A program made the translations under genes and the position numbers. A stretch of 64,000 nucleotides of DNA. It comes from Verrucomicrobiota bacterium. GTDB taxonomy: Bacteria; Verrucomicrobiota; Verrucomicrobiia; Limisphaerales; SXTU01. The DNA lies in the NCBI GenBank assembly GCA_039796295.1, contig JBDKJY010000034.1, forward strand, positions 4,325 to 68,324, given 5' to 3'. The notes under the pieces were generated by a model. The model did no database searches. It saw only the letters and a list, made by a program, of their open reading frames with translations, and was not told the DNA's origin. Of this stretch, positions 24,563 to 32,315 are shown piece by piece (position 1 is the first letter of the stretch; the number at the start of each line of letters is the position of its first letter).

Positions 24563-25984
24563 CTACTTTGCGAGGTTGAGGCAGACTAGTTTGTCCTCGC
24601 TGCGGAGGTAGAGGCGGCGGTGGGTGAGGGTCGGGGCGGCCCAGGTGGGGTAGCCCAGCATGGGGGCTTGCCAGCGGGAGAGTTCCTCGGGTTGTTTGGG
24701 GTTGGGCTTGAAAATTCCGAGGAGGCCGGCTTCGCCCAGGACGTAGAGCTTGCCGTCGGCGAGGAGGGCGGAGCCTCGGCCATAGACGGGGAACTGACTG
24801 CCGTGGGGAGGGTTCTTCTTCCAACGCTCGTCGCGGGTCCACAGGAGCTTGCCGGTCTTAAATTCCACACAGCGGAAGGTTGCGTCCGGCTCGTCGCGCC
24901 CGCTGAAGGCGTAGAGATGGCCGTCAAGGAGGATGGGGGTGTTCCAATGCAACTCGAGGGCGGGAACTTTCCATCGGCCGGTGGCTGGATCGCGGTCGTC
25001 AGGGTCAAAAGGATGTCGGGCGGGGTCCCGCCAGACTTCGGCGAGGGATTTACCGTCTGGTTGCACGCGCAGAAGGACTGCCCCGCTGCGATAATACGCG
25101 GCGGAGATGAGCACAGAGTCCTCGTGGACGACTGGGTTCATGGCATTGACGGAGTCGTTGGCCTGGGACTGGAACCAGCGGCTGAAGTTGACGGTTCCGT
25201 TGGTGGGATTCACGGAACACAGGCCCTGACGCATGAGACACAGGAGGTGGCGCTGCCCGTGGATGGTGGCGGCGACGGGTGAGGCGTAGCTGGCGAGCTT
25301 TTCAAAGCCGGTCCACTCGTAAGGCGCTTCCGTGCGCCAGCCCAGCGTGGGGATGCCGGTCCAGTTGGCCTTGCCGACGCTTTGCCACAGCGTCTTGCCG
25401 GTGGGTGCGTCGAAGGCGACGAGGCCTGCGTTGGGCTGGCCGCCGACCATGACGATGAGTTTGTCGCCTTCCAGAATGGGCGTGGAGCCGACGCCGAAGA
25501 AGGCGTCGGGGACGTTGAAGTCCCTGGCGGTGTCGCGCTGCCAGATGAGCTTGCCGGTGGGGAGATCGAGGCAAAGCAGTTTGCCCTCGGCGCCAAACGT
25601 GTAGCAGCGGTCCGCTGTGAGGAGCGGGGAGCAGCGCGGTCCGTTGTTGTAGCCGAAGGGGTCGCGGTAGCTGCTGGGATAGGCGTAGCGCCAGAGGGGT
25701 TTGCCGGAGACGGGATGGAGCGCTTCGACGACTTCCTCGTCCCGCACGCGGTGGTGGAGCACCAGCAGGTCCCCGCGCACCGACGGCGCGCTGTAGCCGG
25801 TGCCGATGTCGCGCTGCCAGACGACAGGCGGGCCGTCCTTGGGGAACGTGTCGAGCAGGCCGGTCTCGCGTGAGGTGTTGTTGCCGCGCGGGCCGAGGAA
25901 CTGCGGCCAATCTTCCAAGACCCCGGCGGCGCGGACGCGAGCGGTGAGCAGCAACAGGGCGAGCAGGAGGTAACGGGCATTCAT
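24563..25984 (-). CDS. Secreted PQQ-like beta-propeller repeat protein
   Basis: Internal start MNARYLLLALLLLTARVRAAG (signal peptide). The longer track ORF would overlap hemC. Repeated W/G propeller blades. Confidence 0.8.
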   Translation of the reverse strand: MNARYLLLALLLLTARVRAAGVLEDWPQFLGPRGNNTSRETGLLDTFPKDGPPVVWQRDIGTGYSAPSVRGDLLVLHHRVRDEEVVEALHPVSGKPLWRYAYPSSYRDPFGYNNGPRCSPLLTADRCYTFGAEGKLLCLDLPTGKLIWQRDTARDFNVPDAFFGVGSTPILEGDKLIVMVGGQPNAGLVAFDAPTGKTLWQSVGKANWTGIPTLGWRTEAPYEWTGFEKLASYASPVAATIHGQRHLLCLMRQGLCSVNPTNGTVNFSRWFQSQANDSVNAMNPVVHEDSVLISAAYYRSGAVLLRVQPDGKSLAEVWRDPARHPFDPDDRDPATGRWKVPALELHWNTPILLDGHLYAFSGRDEPDATFRCVEFKTGKLLWTRDERWKKNPPHGSQFPVYGRGSALLADGKLYVLGEAGLLGIFKPNPKQPEELSRWQAPMLGYPTWAAPTLTHRRLYLRSEDKLVCLNLAK

Positions 25985-26102
25985 GCGGGTGGCACGGAGG
26001 TTCCAATCGGGGCGCTGGGGGCGCAAGGGAAAGATTGCTGGCGAGTCGGCGGCGGTAATTAGCAGGGGATTCGTGTCCCGGGCGTGCTGGCGTGCCGAAA
26101 TT

Positions 26103-27143
26103 TTAGTGTGAAGCCGGTTCCTCACCACGTATTTCCGCCGCGAGCTGTTGGCCGAGCTGCTCCGGCTCGGCTGATTTCCGCCGTGCCTCGGCATACTTCG
26201 CCGAGCCGGTGAGGAAGGAGACCACGCGCATCCGCAGTTGGTGCCCGAGCACTTCCGCATAGGCCGCAATCGGGCTGGCGCAGCCGCCGCCCATCGCGCG
26301 GAGGAAGGCGCGCTCGGCGCGGACGCAGAGGTGCGTGTTGCCGTGGTTGAGGCGTGCGAGGATGGGCGTGACGCGGTCGTTGTCGCGGCGGACTTCGATG
26401 CCCACGGCGGCCTGGCCGACGGCGGGGAGCATCACTTCGGGTTCGAGGCGCACGGCGAGCAAGCCCGGCGGAACGCCTTCCCCGACGAGGGAACCGGTGG
26501 GTTGGATGCGGAACTTGAGTCGTTCAAGCCCTGCGGCGGCGAGCAGGATGGCGTCGAAGTCTGAGCGGTCGGCGAGTTTGAGCAAACGGGTCGGCACGTT
26601 GCCGCGCAGCTCGACGACTCCCACATCGGGCCGCGCCGCGAGGAGGAGCGCGCGGCGGCGCGTGCTGCTGGTGGCGACGATGGTGCCGGCGGGCAGGGCC
26701 GCGAGCTTGAGGTGCGGCGCGAAGCCCCGGCGCACTTGCTGGCCCGGCGTCCACTCGGCCTCGACTTGTTTCGAGGCCTCGGCGCGGACGACCTTCGCGT
26801 CGCGGTAGATGAGCACATCGCGCACATCGGCGCGTTTGCTGACCGCACCGAGCACGAGGCCGGCTGGCAGTTCCGTGGGCAAATCTTTCAAGCTATGCAC
26901 CGCGAGGTCGGCCTCGCCGTTGAGCAGGGCGACTTCGAGTTCCTTGGTGAACAGTCCCTTCGGCAGGGACGGATCGGGGTTCGACAGCGAGGCGGTCTGA
27001 AGCTTGTCGCCGGTGGTCTTGATGATGTTCAGCTCGAAGGCGAGCCGCGGAAACGCTGCGCGACACTGGGCGAGGACGGCGTTGGCTTGGGCGAGCGCGA
27101 GCGCGCTGCCCCGGGTGGCGATGACAATGGGTTTCGGGTTCAA
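26103..27143 (-). CDS. hemC: Hydroxymethylbilane synthase (porphobilinogen deaminase)
   Basis: IATRGSALALAQA.., IKTTGDK. Full-length family match by eye. TTG start. Confidence 0.93.
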   Translation of the reverse strand: MNPKPIVIATRGSALALAQANAVLAQCRAAFPRLAFELNIIKTTGDKLQTASLSNPDPSLPKGLFTKELEVALLNGEADLAVHSLKDLPTELPAGLVLGAVSKRADVRDVLIYRDAKVVRAEASKQVEAEWTPGQQVRRGFAPHLKLAALPAGTIVATSSTRRRALLLAARPDVGVVELRGNVPTRLLKLADRSDFDAILLAAAGLERLKFRIQPTGSLVGEGVPPGLLAVRLEPEVMLPAVGQAAVGIEVRRDNDRVTPILARLNHGNTHLCVRAERAFLRAMGGGCASPIAAYAEVLGHQLRMRVVSFLTGSAKYAEARRKSAEPEQLGQQLAAEIRGEEPASH

Positions 27144-27144
27144 G

Positions 27145-27165
27145 GTTTTGAGTTTTGAGTTTCTC
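27145..27165. repeat. Heptamer array GTTTTGA x2 (+GTTTCTC) abutting the hemC TTG start
   Basis: gttttga gttttga gtttctc. Begins 2 nt from the start codon. Confidence 0.85.
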
Positions 27166-27188
27166 CGCTCACGCGCGCGGTCACGTGG

Positions 27189-28250
27189 TCAGCTTCCGTG
27201 GCCGAGGGCGAACTTGGAGCCGGGGGCGCTGGGCGCTCCCGGTGGCGCGGCCAGCAACGCCTGCGCCTTCGCGCGGATGATGGCCTCGCAGGCGGCCAGT
27301 TCCTCGCGACGCAGTTTCAGGTAGTCGTCGGCGATGGTTTGGAGGTCGTCCACGTTGTAGAGGTAAACGTCGTCGAGGTAGTTGACCTCTGGCTCGATGT
27401 CGCGCGGCACGGCGATGTCGATGAGCAGTAGCGGGCGCGCGTGGCGGAGTTTGTGCAGCGGGGCAAGCAGCGCGCGCGTCAGGACGTAGTGCGGCGCGCT
27501 GGTGCTGCTGATGATGATGTCAATCTGTGCAAACTCGGTGTGCCAGTCATCGAAGTGAACGGCCCGCCCGCCCAGCTCCGTCGCCAGCGACACGGCCCGG
27601 TCGTGCGAGCGGTTGGAAACGATGACGCTCGTCGCGCCACGACTCAGCAGGGCGCGCGCGGTCTTCTCGCTCGTGTCGCCCGCGCCGATGACCATCACGG
27701 TGCGCCCGACCAACGTGTCGAAAATCTTCTCCGCCAGCTCCACCGCGACCGAGGCGACGGAGACGCTGCCGCGCTGGATGTTCGTCTCGGTGCGGATCTT
27801 CTTGGCGACGTTGAAGGCGCCCTGGAACGCCTTGTTCAAGCGCCGGCCGGTGTGCTGGTGTTTCAGCGCGCGGTCGTAGGCCTGCTTGAGCTGGCCGAGA
27901 ATTTCCGTCTCGCCCAGCACCATCGAGTCGAGGCCGGCGGCGACTTTGAACAGGTGCTCGACGCTGTGCGGCTCGGTGAGTTCGTAGAGTTCGCTGCCGA
28001 GCGGCTCGGTGTAGTTGTGATGCGAGAGGAGGAAGCGACGCAGCTCGGTCAAGGCCGCGCGCGGCTCCGCGCTGGTGGCGGCGTAAATCTCGACGCGGTT
28101 GCAGGTGGAGAGAATGACCGCCTCCTCGATGACGCCGGACTCGCGGAGCTTGCGCATCGCCTCGGCAGTCGTGGCCTCGGCAAAGGCGAACCGCTCCCGC
28201 ACCGTGACGGGCGCGGTGCGGTGGCTGAGGCCGAGAGCGACGATGGGCAT
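27189..28250 (-). CDS. hemA: Glutamyl-tRNA reductase
   Basis: GLSHRTAPVTVRERFAF, LSTCNRVEIY, Rossmann GAGDTS. Confidence 0.93.
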   Translation of the reverse strand: MPIVALGLSHRTAPVTVRERFAFAEATTAEAMRKLRESGVIEEAVILSTCNRVEIYAATSAEPRAALTELRRFLLSHHNYTEPLGSELYELTEPHSVEHLFKVAAGLDSMVLGETEILGQLKQAYDRALKHQHTGRRLNKAFQGAFNVAKKIRTETNIQRGSVSVASVAVELAEKIFDTLVGRTVMVIGAGDTSEKTARALLSRGATSVIVSNRSHDRAVSLATELGGRAVHFDDWHTEFAQIDIIISSTSAPHYVLTRALLAPLHKLRHARPLLLIDIAVPRDIEPEVNYLDDVYLYNVDDLQTIADDYLKLRREELAACEAIIRAKAQALLAAPPGAPSAPGSKFALGHGS

Positions 28251-28263
28251 GGAACGTTAGGAG

Positions 28264-28291
28264 ATGGGGAATGGGGAATAGGGAATGGGGC
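28264..28291. repeat. Heptamer array ATGGGGA x4 (one variant ATAGGGA), 14-41 nt upstream of the hemA ATG
   Basis: atgggga atgggga ataggga atggggc. Confidence 0.9.
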
Positions 28292-28319
28292 CGAGAGCAA
28301 CCGGACGCCGAGGCCATCG

Positions 28320-28356
<37 letters not shown>

Positions 28357-28360
28357 TTGG

Positions 28361-29179
28361 TCACGGGTTGTGGATGCCCGAGAGCAGGTTGAAGCCCCAG
28401 AAGGTCAGGAGCACGAAGGCGAAGCTGCCGACGGCACCCCAAGCGAACTTCCGTCCGCCGGGTGAGAACCGCCAGTGGGCGAACAGCAGGCCGGCATACA
28501 GGAGCAGCACGAAGCCGGACCAGAGCACCTTCGGGTCGGCCAGCGGGTTCGTGGCTGCCGGGGAGTGCTTCATGAGCATTGGCGAGAGTGAGAGCCCCGC
28601 CGCCAGCAGCACCACGCCGCAGAGTAGGAAGCGCCCGATGACCAGTTCCAAGCCTTGGATGGATGGGAGCGTGGAGACGAGGGCGCGGAGCTTGTGGAAC
28701 TTCAGGTCGTGCTCCTGCGTGAGATACATCAGGCCCGCCGCCGATCCGAGGCCGAACGCGCCGTAAGCCAGCAGGACGAGCGCGACGTGCAGGCTCACCA
28801 GCCCACCGGAGAAGTCCGGGCGCGGGCCTTTCACGTCCAAGGCCGGCATCAGCGCGAAGACACCCATCGCGAAGAGCACCGGCGAGACGAACGCGCCGAG
28901 GAACCGCAGGCGGGGCAGGGCACCGATGGCGAGGAAGGCCGCCACGATGGTCCACGCCGTGAAGGTCGTGGCTTCGTAGAGGTTGGTGACCGGGCAGCGC
29001 TCCAAGCTGAACCCACGCTTCACCATCGCGACCGTGTGCAGGACCGCTGCACAGAGCAGGAGGAAGTATTGCCAACGGGAGTCATGCCGGAAGCCGCGTC
29101 GCCAGATGAAAAAGGACCACGTCGCGCTCGCCCCGTAGAGCAGCACGGCCAGTCCGAAGAATCCGCGGTCAGTCAGCAT
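28361..29179 (-). CDS. Cytochrome c assembly family membrane protein (CcsA-like, hem-operon associated)
   Basis: 272 aa, about 8 TM. C-terminal W-rich region ..LLFAHWRFSPGGRKFAWGAVGSFAFVLLTFWG.. Confidence 0.75.
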   Translation of the reverse strand: MLTDRGFFGLAVLLYGASATWSFFIWRRGFRHDSRWQYFLLLCAAVLHTVAMVKRGFSLERCPVTNLYEATTFTAWTIVAAFLAIGALPRLRFLGAFVSPVLFAMGVFALMPALDVKGPRPDFSGGLVSLHVALVLLAYGAFGLGSAAGLMYLTQEHDLKFHKLRALVSTLPSIQGLELVIGRFLLCGVVLLAAGLSLSPMLMKHSPAATNPLADPKVLWSGFVLLLYAGLLFAHWRFSPGGRKFAWGAVGSFAFVLLTFWGFNLLSGIHNP

Positions 29180-29401
29180 TGTCGGGCGAACTTATGGCGA
29201 AGCGGCGGGGGATGAACAAGCTTTCAAGCGCGCGTCTCTGACCCGCAGCGCGTTCGGACGAGAGGTTCCGTTAGCAATTCCGAGTGTGAACTGCGAGTGC
29301 GGGCCGCTGCGGGTCGCAGCCCCACGCTCCGGGTGTGTCACAAGTTGAACCCTCCCGCCCTTCCCGGCACAGTCGCCGAGAACTTTATTGTCGCGCCCGC
29401 C

Positions 29402-30631
29402 ATGCTGCATCGCCCCGCTTCTCGTGACCCTTCCGGGGCGGCGCGCACCTTCTTCAAGCACACGTTTGGCTACACGCCCACGCACCTGGTGAAGGCTCCC
29501 GCGCGGCTGGAGCTGCTCGGCAACTGCGCTGAGTGGAACGCGGGCCTCGCGCTCACGGTCGCCATTGACCGGCACCTGTGCCTCGCCTGCGCGCCGCGCA
29601 CGGACGGGCGGGTCGAACTGGTTTCCGCCGCGTATCCGCAGCGCGACCGGTTTTGGTTGAGCGAGTTTGCGCCCAACCCGGAGGTGCCGTGGACGCTGCT
29701 GGTGAAGGCGATGCTCCGGCAGTTGCGCCAACGCGGCGTGTTCTTCGGCGGGTTCAACGCCGCCGTCCACAGCGAGATTCCGCCGGGCGCGGGCCTCGGC
29801 AGTTCCGGCGCGCTGCTGGCCGCCACGGCGCTGGCCGTCCGCGAGCTGTATCCCTTCCGGCTCACGGAGAGCGGTGCGGTGCGGCTGCGGCACGAGCGCG
29901 GGCGCTTGCCGCCGACCACGGCTTTGGAGCGGCTGCGGCTGGCGAAGCTGTGCCAGCAGGCGGAGCTGGAAGTGACCGGTCAGCCAGGCGGGTTGCTCGA
30001 CTGCATGGCGTGCCTGTGTGCGAACGAATTCGAAACCGTGCTCGCCGACACGCAGCACGGCGTGGCTGAAGCACTGCCGTTCGTCGGCGAAATCTCCGTG
30101 GTCGTTTGCGACACCGGCGCGTTCCATCCGAATGTGGAGGCGAAGGCGGCGGCGTTGCGTGCGGAGTGCGCGGCGGCGGCGCGAGTGCTGGGTGTGAAAT
30201 CACTGCGGGCGGCGGAGCTGAAGCAACTCAAGGCGGCGCGCGAGCGGCTCACGGCGCGCGAGTTCGCGTGCGCCTATCACGTTGTGGCGGAGAACCAGCG
30301 CGTGGTCGCCGCCGAGCGGGCGTTGCGCGGCGGTGACTGGGAGCAGTTCGGCCAATACCTGTTTCACAGCCACGCGAGCTCGGAGGAGTTTTTCCAGAAC
30401 AGCACGCGCGAGCTGGACCTGCTGGTGGACTTGGCGCGGGCGCAACCCAGTTGCCTCGGTGCGCGGTTGTCGGGTCAGGGATTTGGCGGGTTCACGGTGA
30501 ACTTGGTGGCGTGGAATGATGCGGAGGAGTTCATGACGCGGATGACGGTAGGCTATCTGGCGGCAACCGGGCGGAAGCTGAAGACCTTGCGGTGCCGCGT
30601 GGCGGGCGGCGCGGCGGCGGCTTTGTTCTGA
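29402..30631 (+). CDS. GHMP-family sugar kinase, galactokinase-like
   Basis: Internal ATG. ARLELLGN.. N-terminal galactokinase-like motif. GHMP motif PPGAGLGSSGALLAA. Confidence 0.75.
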   Translation: MLHRPASRDPSGAARTFFKHTFGYTPTHLVKAPARLELLGNCAEWNAGLALTVAIDRHLCLACAPRTDGRVELVSAAYPQRDRFWLSEFAPNPEVPWTLLVKAMLRQLRQRGVFFGGFNAAVHSEIPPGAGLGSSGALLAATALAVRELYPFRLTESGAVRLRHERGRLPPTTALERLRLAKLCQQAELEVTGQPGGLLDCMACLCANEFETVLADTQHGVAEALPFVGEISVVVCDTGAFHPNVEAKAAALRAECAAAARVLGVKSLRAAELKQLKAARERLTAREFACAYHVVAENQRVVAAERALRGGDWEQFGQYLFHSHASSEEFFQNSTRELDLLVDLARAQPSCLGARLSGQGFGGFTVNLVAWNDAEEFMTRMTVGYLAATGRKLKTLRCRVAGGAAAALF

Positions 30632-30742
30632 CCACAGAGGCACGATGAACACAGAGACCGCACTGAACATTGCCCGCTATGTTCATCGTGTCGGCGTGGT
30701 CGAATCGCGGGTGAAGCGATCGCCAGCCAGCGCGGTTGGATT

Positions 30743-31222
30743 TCAACCAACCGGAGCCGCAGGCTGTTTCAGGAAGTTCCGGTCACCGACCAGTTCAGTC
30801 AGCATCCCGTCCACCTCCTGCGCTGGGACCGGGAGATACTTGCCCGTGGCGGTGGCGACGAGCGTGCCACTGGCGGTGCGCAGTTCCGCCTTGGCCTCGA
30901 ACAACTTCTCCCGCCGGTTCGCCACCAACTCAGCGACGGCCAGCAGCTCCACATCGGGCTGCGCAGGCTGGTGGAAGCGCACGGTCATCTCCGCGCAGTA
31001 GGCGAAGCGCCGCGTCGGGGCCGCCACGGCCCAGACCATGATTTCATCGAGCACGGTGGCGAGGAGGCCGCCGTGGGTGACGCCCTTGAAACCGATGTGC
31101 TCGGCGCGCGGGGTGAAGCGCGTGTGGACGGTGCGCCCATCGGTCTCGAAGCGGAGTTTTAGCCCGTGCGGGTTTGACTCGCCACAGACGAAGCAGGAGT
31201 GCGTGTGCGGTAGCTGCGTCAT
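30743..31222 (-). CDS. PaaI-family (hotdog-fold) thioesterase
   Basis: ..GVTHGGLLATVLDEIM.., 159 aa. Confidence 0.8.
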   Translation of the reverse strand: MTQLPHTHSCFVCGESNPHGLKLRFETDGRTVHTRFTPRAEHIGFKGVTHGGLLATVLDEIMVWAVAAPTRRFAYCAEMTVRFHQPAQPDVELLAVAELVANRREKLFEAKAELRTASGTLVATATGKYLPVPAQEVDGMLTELVGDRNFLKQPAAPVG

Positions 31223-31234
31223 GGGCGGCGGAAG

Positions 31235-32188
31235 CTACTCCTTCATCCGGAAGCCGGGGAACACGACCTCCGTCACCGTCACTGCGAGGAAGACGGCGCT
31301 GATGACGGCGTTGAGGCGGAAGAAGGAGTTGTTCACCCAGTTCAGGCTGCGGCGGCGCGCGAGGAAGTGCTCGAAGAGCAGGCAGCCGAGAATGAGCACC
31401 AGCCCGACGTAGTAGGCCAGCCGGAAACCCGCGAGCAGGCCGAACAGCGCCAGCAGCAGCCACATCACCCCGTGCGCAAGGAGGGCGGCGGTCAGCGCAT
31501 TCTTCGGTCCCCACGCCACGACGAGCGAGTGCAAGCCGTGCGTGCGGTCGAACTCGTAGTCCTGAATCGCGTAGATGATGTCGAAGCCGATGAGCCAGAA
31601 CACCACCGCCAGCGCGAGGACGATGGGCAGAATGCCCGTCCAGCCCTGTTCCGCCACGAACCGGCCCAGCGGTCCCGCACCGAACGTCGCCTTTGCCGCC
31701 ACAAAGCCGAGCTGTCCCTTCACCGCCAGCCACGCTCCGACCGGGGCCAGCGCCAGCGCGATGCCGAGCCAAACGTGGGTGTAGCTCGTGAAGCGCTTCG
31801 TGAGCGAATAGAAGCACACGAAGAACAGCGCGACGGGCGAGAGGTAGAAACAGAGCGGGTTCAGCAGCCACGCCGCGCCCACCAAGCCCGTGCCGGCCAG
31901 CAGGCAGAGCGCGCCCGCGCTGAAGAGGGAGATTTGTCCCGCAGGCAGGTGCCGCGTGGCGGTGCGGGGATTTGCTGCGTCGAACTTCCGGTCCACGATG
32001 CGGTTGAAGGCCATCGCGCACGTCCGCGCGCAGATCATTGCCAGCACAATCAGTCCGAAGGTGCGCCAGCCCGGCCAGCCACGGTTCTCCCGCGCCGCCA
32101 CAACCATCGCGGCGAGCGCGAACGGCAGCGCGAAGACGGTGTGCGAGAGCTTCACGAACTCAGCCCACTTGCGGAGGGTTCCAAACAT
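31235..32188 (-). CDS. UbiA-family aromatic prenyltransferase
   Basis: Internal ATG MFGTLRKWAEFVKLSHTVFALPF... Motif NRIVDRKFD. Polytopic. Confidence 0.8.
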   Translation of the reverse strand: MFGTLRKWAEFVKLSHTVFALPFALAAMVVAARENRGWPGWRTFGLIVLAMICARTCAMAFNRIVDRKFDAANPRTATRHLPAGQISLFSAGALCLLAGTGLVGAAWLLNPLCFYLSPVALFFVCFYSLTKRFTSYTHVWLGIALALAPVGAWLAVKGQLGFVAAKATFGAGPLGRFVAEQGWTGILPIVLALAVVFWLIGFDIIYAIQDYEFDRTHGLHSLVVAWGPKNALTAALLAHGVMWLLLALFGLLAGFRLAYYVGLVLILGCLLFEHFLARRRSLNWVNNSFFRLNAVISAVFLAVTVTEVVFPGFRMKE

Positions 32189-32315
32189 CGGCGGAGCTTG
32201 CGAAACGTCGCGCGTGGTGTCACGCGCGCAGTAGTGCGGCTGACTGGCTCGGCAAAAAAAACTCTCCCCCGCCGGAGCCCCTCGTTGCACACTGCCGTTG
32301 AAACGACGTCGCTGA

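Noticed and set aside
24563-26269. Full 568-aa version of the PQQ-propeller ORF
   Set aside because: The first 95 codons overlap the hemC 3' end and are Arg/Ser-rich. An internal ATG gives a canonical signal peptide.
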